A stretch of DNA of 24,000 bases from an uncultured Alphaproteobacteria bacterium (GTDB lineage Bacteria > Pseudomonadota > Alphaproteobacteria > Rhizobiales > Beijerinckiaceae): NCBI GenBank assembly GCA_963736175.1, contig CAVTNU010000026.1, positions 32,929-56,928 of the forward strand. The letters are read 5' to 3'. The notes beneath the pieces are model-generated. The model was not told the origin of the DNA and searched no databases. It was given only the letters and a program-made list of their open reading frames with translations. Position 1 is the first letter of the stretch, and the number at the start of each line of letters is the position of its first letter. Position numbers and translations under genes: made by a program. Shown here piece by piece: positions 11,560 to 19,924 of the stretch.

Positions 11560-12812
11560 GCCGCTCAGCCGTCTGGCGCCCGTTCACGCAGCACGCCGTC
11601 GAACCCGAGCCGCTGCTGATCGCGCGTAGCGAGGGAGCGTTTTTTGAAACCGCGGCGGGACGCAAAATTTTCGACGGTATTTCGTCATGGTGGGTGACGA
11701 CGCACGGCCACCGCCATCCCGCCATCATGCAAGCGATCCGCACGGCGAGCGAACAGCTCGATCAAATCATCTTCGCCGGATTGACGCACGAGCCGGCTGA
11801 GCGGCTCGCGCAAAAACTGACCGCTCTCGCGCCGCCCGGCCTCGATTATGTGTTTTATTCCGATTCCGGTTCGACCAGCGTCGAGGTCGCGCTGAAAATG
11901 GCGCTCGGCTATTTCGTCCATCGCGGCGAAAAACGCACGAAAATCATCGTCATGCAGCACTCCTATCATGGCGACACGATCGGCGCGATGAGCGTGGGCG
12001 AACGCGGCGTGTTCAACGCCCCTTACGATCCGCTGTTGTTCGCGGTCGAAACCATTCCATTCCCGACGGCCGGCGCCGAACAGGCCACGCTGGACGCGCT
12101 GGAGCGGGCCTTGGCCGACAAGAGCGCCGCCGCCTTGATCGTCGAACCGCTGATTTTGGGCGCCGGCGGCATGAAAATCTATGCGCCGAAAATCCTCGCG
12201 AGGATGCGCGAAATGGTCGCCGCGTCAGGCGCGTTGTTCATCGCCGACGAGGTGATGACCGGCTGGGGCCGCACGGGAACGCTGTTCGCCTGCGAACAGG
12301 CGGGCGTCAGCCCCGATATTCTATGCACGTCGAAAGGCTTGACCGGCGGCGCCGTTCCGCTCGCCGCGACGTTGGCGAAAGCGGAAATCTTCGACGCGCA
12401 TTATTCGCTGGACCGCTCGCGCGCCTTTTTCCACTCCAGCTCCTATACGGCCAATCCGATCGCCTGCGCGGCCGGCCTCGCCAATGTCGGAGTGTGGGAA
12501 AATGAACCGGCGCGCGAGCAAGTCGCCGCGCTCTGCGCCCTGCAGGAAGCGGGGCTCAAGACGCTCGAAGGCGACGCGCGTTTTGAAAATCACCGCCGCT
12601 GTGGCACGATCGCGGCGCTCGATCTCAAGGTCGAAGGCGCCGGCTACCTGGCCGAGGCCGGCCTTAAATTGCGGGCGTTTTTCCTTGAGCGCGACCTGTT
12701 CTTGCGGCCGTTGGGCAATACGATCTACGTCATGCCGCCCTATTGCGCGACGGGCGCCGATCTCGATCGCGTCTACAAAGCCATTGCCGAAGCGCCGGAA
12801 GCGGCAGCCTGA
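11556..12812 (+). CDS. bioA: Adenosylmethionine-8-amino-7-oxononanoate aminotransferase
   Basis: 418 aa. Class-III aminotransferase motifs [11 protein letters not shown] and the PLP-lysine context CTSKGLTGG. Last gene of the bio operon. Confidence 0.93.
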   Translation: MSRSAVWRPFTQHAVEPEPLLIARSEGAFFETAAGRKIFDGISSWWVTTHGHRHPAIMQAIRTASEQLDQIIFAGLTHEPAERLAQKLTALAPPGLDYVFYSDSGSTSVEVALKMALGYFVHRGEKRTKIIVMQHSYHGDTIGAMSVGERGVFNAPYDPLLFAVETIPFPTAGAEQATLDALERALADKSAAALIVEPLILGAGGMKIYAPKILARMREMVAASGALFIADEVMTGWGRTGTLFACEQAGVSPDILCTSKGLTGGAVPLAATLAKAEIFDAHYSLDRSRAFFHSSSYTANPIACAAGLANVGVWENEPAREQVAALCALQEAGLKTLEGDARFENHRRCGTIAALDLKVEGAGYLAEAGLKLRAFFLERDLFLRPLGNTIYVMPPYCATGADLDRVYKAIAEAPEAAA

Positions 12813-12834
12813 CGCCCGGACTGCGACGCGCATG

Positions 12835-13185
12835 CTAACTGCATGAACGAAGCGCATCGATCAGGACGCAAAGATCATGAGCGTTTTCGGCGTCCTCCGG
12901 CATAGCCGGTTCGGCAGGGCCTTCACAGCCTGTTCCCAACGCATCGTCGATGACCGGCTCGTCGAGAGCCTGCAACGCCGCTTCAAAGGAAATCGGCGCA
13001 TCGTCCCCCGATTGATTGGGCTCCGGATCGTCGCCGGCCAGCGAGCCATCGAGAGGCTTTTCCTCGCGCTCCGACTTGTCCGGAACGACGAACGGCTCGC
13101 GCGGCGGCGCTTTGGTGGGAATCTTGCCGACTGGCGCGTGCGAGAAAAACGCATAATCGTTGAATTTCAGGTGGGGCGTATGCAA
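12835..13185 (-). CDS. Hypothetical small, strongly acidic protein (116 aa); function unknown
   Basis: Part of track ORF 12835..13284. Third-codon positions are mostly G/C in this frame, whereas the competing + frame is Arg-rich. GGAGGAGG SD (13200-13193) lies 7 nt upstream of the TTG at 13185-13183. The track's upstream start at 13284 is also a TTG, has no SD, and lies in AT-rich DNA. No motif I recognise. Confidence 0.5.
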   Translation of the reverse strand: MHTPHLKFNDYAFFSHAPVGKIPTKAPPREPFVVPDKSEREEKPLDGSLAGDDPEPNQSGDDAPISFEAALQALDEPVIDDALGTGCEGPAEPAMPEDAENAHDLCVLIDALRSCS

Positions 13186-13383
13186 GGCGCAGCCTCCTCC
13201 ATTAAAATTCGATAAACAATAAACCTCGCAGCTTGTGTCAAACTGACGCAGTTCTTCGCATTTGACGACGTTCGGAGAACGCAAGCGAGCGTATGCGCGC
13301 TTGATCCGAGTGAAACGGGCGATTCAACTTTTCGTTGTGCTTGACACGATAACCGGACAACGGAGCGGTCCGCCGCCGATAGG

Positions 13384-14145
13384 CTAGCTTTCCGGGAGGT
13401 TCTCGTCCGGCTCTTCCTCGCCCGCGAACAATTCGTCCACCGGCTCTTCGCCCAGCGGCTCCTCATCCTCCGTCAGGGTGGAATCGTCATGCGGCTGCGG
13501 CACGCCGAAGCCGGGCGGCAGGCGGCCGTCAAACAGGCCCGCGCCCTTCAGCTCGTCGAGGCCGGGCAGATCGGAAATCTGCTCCAGGCCGAAATGCAGG
13601 AGAAACTTCTCCGTCGTGCCGTAAGTGATCGGGCGTCCCGGCGAACGCCGCCGCCCGCGCAGGCGCACCCAGCCCGTCTCCAACAGCACGTCCATCGTGC
13701 CCTTGGACATCGCGACACCGCGTATGTCCTCGATTTCGGCGCGCGTCGTGGGCTGGTGGTAGGCGATGATCGCCAGCGTCTCCAAAGCAGCCCGCGACAG
13801 CTTCTTTTGCTCCGTCTGTTCGCGCGACAACGCCCAGCCAAGATCAGCGGCGGTGCGAAAGGCCCATTTCCGGGCGACGCGCACGAGGTTGACGCCGCGT
13901 GTGGCGTACTCGGTCTTCAGACAGTCAAGCGCGCGCGAAAGGTCGGCGCCTTCAGGCAGCCGCTTCGCCATTTCCTCCTCGGCCAAGGGTTCGCCGGCGG
14001 CGAAAATCAGGGCTTCGCAAACGCGCATCGTCTCGCGCAGGGCCGGGTTCGGCGCGGGACTTTCCACTTCGTTGGCGTGATCGAGCTGGTCGAGATCGAA
14101 CAGCGGGTCGATCGCGTCAACGGGATTTTCTTCATCCCCGGTCAT
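13384..14145 (-). CDS. scpB: Segregation and condensation protein B
   Basis: 253 aa. CEALIFAAGEPL hallmark, winged-helix-like repeats and an acidic C-terminal tail. The start overlaps the scpA stop (ATGA at 14145-14142). Confidence 0.9.
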   Translation of the reverse strand: MTGDEENPVDAIDPLFDLDQLDHANEVESPAPNPALRETMRVCEALIFAAGEPLAEEEMAKRLPEGADLSRALDCLKTEYATRGVNLVRVARKWAFRTAADLGWALSREQTEQKKLSRAALETLAIIAYHQPTTRAEIEDIRGVAMSKGTMDVLLETGWVRLRGRRRSPGRPITYGTTEKFLLHFGLEQISDLPGLDELKGAGLFDGRLPPGFGVPQPHDDSTLTEDEEPLGEEPVDELFAGEEEPDENLPES

Positions 14146-14951
14146 TCGGCGGCCAACAGCGGCGGCGACGCGCCGTCCATCTTTTTACGCAGCCAGATCG
14201 GCGCGAAGGCGCGGTCCTGGCGCAAATCGATCACGCCCTCGCGCACCATTTCCAGCGAGGCGGAAAAGGCCGAAGCGCGAACGGTGCGAGCAGCCGCGGG
14301 GCTGACGCACCAATCGATGAGGAAGTCGTCCATCACTGTCCATTCGAGCGCTATGCCAGCCAGCCGTTCGAGCGCCTCGCGGGCCTGGCCCAGCGACCAG
14401 ACCTCACGCTGTCTGAAGGTGACGCGCAAGAGCGCGTGTTTTTGCCGCTGCTTCGCATAGGCCGTGAGAAGATCGAACAGACTGGCCTCGTATTTGGGCG
14501 CATTGACGACGTCAACGCCCTCCGGCGCGCCGCGCAAAAAAATGTCGCGATCGAGATGCGGCCGGTTCGCCAGTTTTTCCGCGGCGGCGCGAATGGCCTG
14601 CAGCCTTTGCAGCCGGCGCGCCAGGGCGGCGGCGAGATCGACGGCGTCCGGCTCCTCGCCCTTGGGCGGCGCGGGCAGCAAAAGCCGCGACTTGAGGTAA
14701 GCGAGCCAAGCCGCCATGACGAGGTAATCGGCGGCCAGCTCAAGCCGAACCCGGCGCGCCGCCTCGATGAATTCAAGATATTGCTCCGCCAGCGCCAGAA
14801 TCGAAATTCGGGCAAGATCGACCTTCTGGCGGCGAGCCAGCTCAAGCAAAAGATCAAGCGGGCCTTCAAACCCGTCGACATCAACGGAAAAGGTCGGCTC
14901 GGAAACGCCCTTTTCGAGCGCCTGGAAATCGTCGAACGGCTCAGCCGTCAT
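14142..14951 (-). CDS. scpA: Segregation and condensation protein A (kleisin)
   Basis: 269 aa. The N-terminal FEGPLDLLLELARRQKVDLARISILALAEQYLEFI pattern is typical of ScpA. Translationally coupled to scpB. Confidence 0.9.
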   Translation of the reverse strand: MTAEPFDDFQALEKGVSEPTFSVDVDGFEGPLDLLLELARRQKVDLARISILALAEQYLEFIEAARRVRLELAADYLVMAAWLAYLKSRLLLPAPPKGEEPDAVDLAAALARRLQRLQAIRAAAEKLANRPHLDRDIFLRGAPEGVDVVNAPKYEASLFDLLTAYAKQRQKHALLRVTFRQREVWSLGQAREALERLAGIALEWTVMDDFLIDWCVSPAAARTVRASAFSASLEMVREGVIDLRQDRAFAPIWLRKKMDGASPPLLAAE

Positions 14952-15110
14952 CGAATCACTCGCCGCAAGCGCATTCCACTCAAGCCCGATCGGGACTTTC
15001 GTTGAAATATGCGTTTAAACCGATAGTTAGCTGCGTTCCGACACCGCTTCGCCGGGGTCGGACGCGCGCTAATGGGACTCTCGCCCCGATTTGGCCGGAG
15101 ATTGATCGGA

Positions 15111-16118
15111 TCAGGCGCTAATCGCAAGCGCCGATTGCAAAAGCGCCGCCGCTTCCACAGGATCGAAGGGTTCAGGCGCCCTTATCGCCGCTTTCGCCCG
15201 CTCGGCGCGCGCCAGAGCCGCGCCCGACAGAACGGGCGAGGCTTCGGCCACGGCGGTCGCCTCGCCGAGGTCGCCGTTGCAATGCAAAGCCAGGTCGAGT
15301 CCGGCGGCGAACAGCTTCCGCGCCCGATCGAAGAACGATCCGCCGAGCGCCTTCATCGACAGGTCGTCGCTCATCAGCAAGCCGTCGAAGCCGATGTGGC
15401 CGCGAATGATTTCACGCACGACGTACGGCGAATGCGTAGCCGGGCGTTCGGGATCAAGCGCGGTATAGACGACATGCGCCGACATCGCGGCCGGCAGATC
15501 ACGATTGGCTTTGAACGGCGCGAAATCATGCGCTTCGAGTTCGGCGCGCGAGGCGCGGACAATCGGCAGCTCAAGATGGCTGTCGGCCAAGGCCCTGCCG
15601 TGTCCGGGAATATGCTTCATCACCGGCAGAACGCCGCCCGCCAGCAAACCCTGCGCAGCGGCGCGGCCGAGGCGCGCGACGCTCAGCGCGTCCTTGGCGT
15701 AGGCGCGATCGCCAATGATATTATGGGCGCCTTCCACCGGCGTATCGAGCACCGGCAGGCAGTCGACATCGATCCCCAGGCTTTTCAGATCATGCGCGAT
15801 CAACCGCGCGCCAAGCCTCGCCAGATCGCTCGCCTCGACGCCGGAGCGCGCCTGAGCGTATGCCGCGCCGGCCGGATAAGCGCGCCAATTCGGCGGCGAA
15901 AGCCGCTGCACGCGCCCGCCCTCCTGATCGACGAGCACCGCCGCGTCATAGCCGACAACGCTTCGGAATTCAGACGTTAATGCAGCTACTTGTGTTGGAT
16001 TATCAATGTTACGCTTGAAGAGAATGAGCCCCCACGGCCGCGACGCGCGAAAAAAGGCGCGTTCATCTTCGTTCAGGCGCAAACCGACGCAGCCGACGAT
16101 GAAGGCGCGGATGTTCAT
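15111..16118 (-). CDS. nagZ: Beta-N-acetylhexosaminidase (GH3, peptidoglycan recycling)
   Basis: Track ORF 15111..16220 trimmed to the ATG at 16118-16116 (MNIRAFIVGCVG...), with AAGG about 8 nt upstream. GH3/NagZ motifs KHIPGHGRALADSH and LLMSDDLSMKAL. Confidence 0.9.
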   Translation of the reverse strand: MNIRAFIVGCVGLRLNEDERAFFRASRPWGLILFKRNIDNPTQVAALTSEFRSVVGYDAAVLVDQEGGRVQRLSPPNWRAYPAGAAYAQARSGVEASDLARLGARLIAHDLKSLGIDVDCLPVLDTPVEGAHNIIGDRAYAKDALSVARLGRAAAQGLLAGGVLPVMKHIPGHGRALADSHLELPIVRASRAELEAHDFAPFKANRDLPAAMSAHVVYTALDPERPATHSPYVVREIIRGHIGFDGLLMSDDLSMKALGGSFFDRARKLFAAGLDLALHCNGDLGEATAVAEASPVLSGAALARAERAKAAIRAPEPFDPVEAAALLQSALAISA

Positions 16119-16211
16119 GGACGACCTTTGCTCATGGATAAATCCAACCGTCGCTGGCGGGCGCCGTCGCCGATCATGAACGGAAATCGACCGCCGCCGC
16201 GCCGAAAGTCC

Positions 16212-16242
16212 GTCCGCCACGACAAAACGCGCGTCGGCGGAC
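16212..16242 (-). other. Bulged 10-bp stem-loop between the SPOR gene stop and nagZ start
   Basis: GTCCGCC(AC)GAC-N9-GTCGGCGGAC read directly, starting 14 nt after the SPOR-protein stop. No U-tract. Could be a weak terminator or an mRNA-stability element. Confidence 0.25.
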
Positions 16243-16256
16243 AGACGCCGAAGCGA

Positions 16257-17552
16257 TCAGTTTTTGGTCGGGAAGCAATTGCCGCCCTGCGCCTTGACGC
16301 TCGCGCAGATCGAGCCGGCAGCTTCCTTGGTCAAATGACCGACGCGAACCCGGTAGAACATCTTGTCGCCGACGGTCGCCTTGACGAAGGTGGCGTATCG
16401 TCCGCCAAGAGCGCTGGAATATTTCGTCGACAACGAATTGGCGGCGCTGCGCGCTTCCAATTCGCTCGGCGAGATGGCCAACTGGACAGCGAAACCGCCG
16501 GCGCCGGCGTTAGCCGGCTCAGCCGGAGAAACAGCGGCGTTATGCGCGACTTTCGGCCGTGCGTGCGCCGTCGTGTCGGCGCCGCCGCTGGCGGGCGTCG
16601 CGATGCGCTGAGTGACCTTGGGCGTGGCGCTTTTCGGCGCCAGAGAGGGCGGCGGCGCGGACCCAAATGGCGAGCCCGCTAAGGGCGGCTGGCCGGTCGG
16701 CTCGGAAATAGGCGTGCCGTCGGCGCGCACGGAGACGGTCTTGACCTTCTTCGGCGCCGGGAAAAGGGAATCGCCCGACGGCGCGCCCTGTCCGATCGCC
16801 TGGCTGTTGGCCTGCGCGCCTGTCGGTTCGGGCGCCGCCGGCACGGCGACGCTCGCCGCGCCGCCGCTCATGGCGATGACGCGCGGCGGCTTGGGCGTGG
16901 AGGCAAGATCGGCGGGTTGTTCCTGATTGGAGACGACGCGCGCCACCGGAGCCGCGTCCTTGCGATCGAACAGCGCTTGTCCCTGGGCCGAATCCGTCGC
17001 GTTTTCGCTGGCGGCCGGCTGCACTTTCGTCGGCGTGACTTCCGCGCTGATGGTGGCGACCTGTTTGTGCGCGCCGCCGCGCCAGACAAGGCCGGCGCCA
17101 ATGCCAATGACGCCGACGCCGAGAACCACCGCCATCAGCAGGATCGCCCCGCCGCCGCGCGCGGGCGCCGCCGGGGTGGCGTCATGGCGCAGCCATTGCG
17201 GCGCGTCCCGACCGGGCTGCGCCGGTTCGTCGCGATGATCGAGCCATTGCGGATCCTCGCCGTAAAACGGCGGCTCTTCAGCGAAATTGCCGACGTGATC
17301 GACCGAAGGGCCGGAAAAATCGCCACGATACTGATCGGCCTGATCAAACTGGCGGGCGTCGCGCGCGATGGCCTGCGCCGCATTTTGCGCGCGAAACAGC
17401 GCTTCGAACGGATCGGCGCCCTTTTCGCCGCCGACAAGACGAGCGAGTTCGGCCAAGGGATCCTGACCGTCGAAATTCTTCGGGGCAGCGCGCAAACGCC
17501 TTTCGAACTCGTCAAGATCGAAAGCCGAATTTCTGGCGGCTGGCTCACTCAT
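16257..17552 (-). CDS. SPOR domain-containing protein (septal peptidoglycan-binding, bitopic membrane protein)
   Basis: Track ORF trimmed to the ATG at 17552-17550 (MSEPAARNSAFDLDEFERRL), with a GAGG SD about 8 nt upstream. One TM helix (AILLMAVVLGVGVIGIGAGLVW), a Pro/Ala-rich linker, and a C-terminal SPOR-like fold (GGFAVQLAISPSELEARSAANSL...YRVRVGHLTKEAAGSICASVKAQGGNCF). Confidence 0.85.
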   Translation of the reverse strand: MSEPAARNSAFDLDEFERRLRAAPKNFDGQDPLAELARLVGGEKGADPFEALFRAQNAAQAIARDARQFDQADQYRGDFSGPSVDHVGNFAEEPPFYGEDPQWLDHRDEPAQPGRDAPQWLRHDATPAAPARGGGAILLMAVVLGVGVIGIGAGLVWRGGAHKQVATISAEVTPTKVQPAASENATDSAQGQALFDRKDAAPVARVVSNQEQPADLASTPKPPRVIAMSGGAASVAVPAAPEPTGAQANSQAIGQGAPSGDSLFPAPKKVKTVSVRADGTPISEPTGQPPLAGSPFGSAPPPSLAPKSATPKVTQRIATPASGGADTTAHARPKVAHNAAVSPAEPANAGAGGFAVQLAISPSELEARSAANSLSTKYSSALGGRYATFVKATVGDKMFYRVRVGHLTKEAAGSICASVKAQGGNCFPTKN

Positions 17553-17607
17553 AGGACACCTCACAACGCGCGTCAGGAACGCGCGCGAGGCGGTCGCTAC
17601 GACAGCT

Positions 17608-19390
17608 TCAGCGCATTTCCTGCGGCGCGACAACGCCTAAAATAGACAATCCTGACGCAAGAACGATTATCAGCGCCGTCGCGAGCGACAGCCTTGCGCA
17701 GGACAAATCTCTTCTATCTTGATTAACAAAGCGTAATTGTGGCTGATCTTTGCCCTTATTCCAGTGGGAATGGAACGCGGCGGCCAAATCATGCAGGTAA
17801 AACGCCAGGCGATGCGGTTCATGCGCTGAAGCGGCGCTTTCGATTACGCGCGGGTACTGGGCGATCAATTTTACGAGGCCGATTTCGCCCTCGTCTTCGA
17901 GCAAGCCCATATCGGCGGCGCGCAGAGCCGGCGTCGATAGATCGATCCCAGGAAAAGCCGCCTGCGCCTGGCGCAATACCGAATGGGCGCGCGCATGGGC
18001 GTATTGAACGTAAAAGACCGGATTATCCTTCGATTGTTCGATGACTTTGGCGAGATCGAATTCGAGCGGCGCATCGTTCTTGCGAAACAGCATGATGAAA
18101 CGCACCGCGTCGACGCCGACTTCATCGACGACTTCGCGCAAGGTGACGAAGTCGCCGGAGCGTTTCGACATTTTCACCGGCTCGCCGTCGCGCATGAGTT
18201 TGACCAGCTGACACAATTTGACGTCGAGCGTCGTCTTGCCGCCGGACAGCGCGGCGACGGCGGCGTTCATGCGTTTAACGTAGCCGCCGTGATCGGCGCC
18301 CCAGATGTCGACGAGCACGTCATAGCCGCGGTCGATCTTGTGCTTGTGATAGGCGATGTCCGAAGCAAAATAGGTGTAGGCGCCGTTCGATTTCTGCAGG
18401 GCGCGGTCGACGTCGTCGCCGAAATTGGTCGATTTGAACAAGGTCTGTTCGCGATCTTCCCAATCGTCGGGCGCTTGGCCCTTGGGCGGAGCCAGCCGAC
18501 CCTGGTAGATCAGCCCCTTGGCGCGCAGCTCCTCGATCGCCCGATCGATTTCCGACACGCCGTCGCGTTTTTCGTGCAGGACGCGCTCTGAAAAAAAGAC
18601 TTCATGCTGAATGTTCAACGCGGCCAGATCGTCGCGGATTAGCGCCATCATCGCCTCGATGGCGCATTGACGCACCGGCTCCAGCCATTCGGCCTCGGAC
18701 TTGTCGCGCAGGGCGGCGCCGTATTTGGCTTTGAGCGCCTCGCCGGCGCCCTTGAGATAGTCGCCCGGATACAGCCCTTCCGGAATTTCACCGATTTGCT
18801 CGCCAAGCGCCTCGCGGTAGCGCAGGAACGCCGAGCGGGCCAGCACGTCGACCTGCGCCCCGGCGTCGTTGATGTAATATTCGCGAGTGACGGCCGAGCC
18901 GGAAAATTCGAGCAGATTGGCGAGGGCGTCGCCGAACACGGCGCCGCGTCCGTGGCCGACGTGCATGGGTCCAGTCGGGTTGGCCGAAACATATTCGATA
19001 TTGATCTTTTTCGCCTTGACCCGCCCGGCCGCGCCGCGGCCGAAATCGCTCCCCTCGGCCAAAGCGCCGCGCAGCAGGTCGCAAAAGACGCGCGGCCTCA
19101 ACTTGATATTGATGAAGCCCGGTCCGGCGACTTCGGCCTGTTCGACGTCGCCGTCCCGCGCCAGGGCGAAAGCGATGTCGCTGGCGAGCTGGCGCGGATT
19201 GGCGAAATGCTCCTTCGCGTCCTTGGCGAAAACCATCGCGGCGTTGCACGCCAGATCGCCGTGGCTTGGGTCGCGCGGCGGCTCGACGACGAAACGCGCC
19301 GAGTTCGAGCCCCGCGGGCAGCAGTCCCTGCTCGGCAAGGCTGTCGAGAATGGCGGCGACGCGGTCGTGAAATTCAGCGAAAATATTCAT
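17608..19390 (-). CDS. argS: Arginine--tRNA ligase, reading frame interrupted near codon 30 (net +1 nt)
   Basis: Body in frame of track ORF 17608..19338: [24 protein letters not shown]-type [15 protein letters not shown] and KMSKRSG. The typical N-terminus [30 protein letters not shown] is in another frame, starting at the ATG at 19390. The span is 1783 nt, which is 1 mod 3. Confidence 0.88.
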
Positions 19391-19835
19391 CGGACGTTCC
19401 TGAAGCGATGCGAGCCAGCGGGCTAACCCAATTCGTCGCCCCCGTCAAAACAGGAAATGGCTACGCGCGCCGAGAAGTGACGCAATCGACGGCCAGCGCA
19501 GGCGATGGTCGCGGCGCGGTCTTCGCCTCTCATTTTCGGGCCGCCAAATCGCGGAGGACGCGCCGCAACGTCGCCGATAAGCGTATAATTTTTGCTAAAT
19601 TTGATTAAACCTTCATTATACTTATAACGCGGCATGAAACGTTGCTTCAATTCGGTGTTGTTATAGACAATCTCCTGTACCGCGTGAATTTCCGGCTGCC
19701 GGCCTAAGTCGTTAGCTTGCACCGATAAACGCGATATCGGGTCCGATTTTTCTGAAGGTCGCCGGCTATTCTCACAAGGATATCGGCCCAACAGACAAAC
19801 GGCGCGTTTGTTCCGTCGGAGACGGAGGCAAAAAC

Positions 19836-19850
19836 TATTACTTGGTAATA
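19836..19850. promoter_or_regulatory. AT-rich palindrome TATTAC-TTG-GTAATA in the argS / small-ORF spacer; possible dimeric regulator site
   Basis: Perfect 6-bp arms with a 3-nt centre, read directly, 75 nt upstream of the ATG at 19925. Confidence 0.2.
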
Positions 19851-19862
19851 CTAAGAATATTC

Positions 19863-19878
19863 GCGCTTTTACAAGCGC
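19863..19878. other. Short hairpin GCGCTT-TTAC-AAGCGC followed on the + strand by a T-rich tract
   Basis: 6-bp stem with a tetraloop, followed by CTGTTTCGATTGTTCTTC. It lies 47 nt upstream of the ATG at 19925. Could be a 5'-UTR structure or attenuator, or the end of a short transcript. Confidence 0.2.
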
Positions 19879-19924
19879 CTGTTTCGATTGTTCTTCAAAG
19901 CGAATACATCGAGGATGTTAAGTC

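Noticed and set aside
13201-13230. CtrA-like TTAA-N7-TTAA boxes in AT-rich spacers, for example TTAA-AATTCGA-TAAA near 13203 and TTAA-ACCTTCA-TTAT near 19605.
   Set aside because: Every candidate has an imperfect second half-site, and such near-matches are expected by chance in AT-rich DNA.
19296-19338. TTG at 19338 as the genuine argS start, as implied by the ORF track.
   Set aside because: The residues it would add ([12 protein letters not shown]) look like out-of-frame sequence. Meanwhile a textbook ArgS N-terminus with an ATG sits in the adjacent frame 52 nt upstream. A frame disruption explains the data better.
19423-19791. 122-aa minus-strand ORF in the argS upstream spacer, including an internal ATG at 19635 that would give a 70-aa product MPRYKYNEGLIKF...
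   Set aside because: There is no SD before either start. Composition changes abruptly from AT-rich to GC-rich within the ORF. The sequence is Arg-rich and motif-free, and the ORF ends inside the expected argS promoter/5' UTR. I treated the region as non-coding, although an expressed small protein cannot be excluded.
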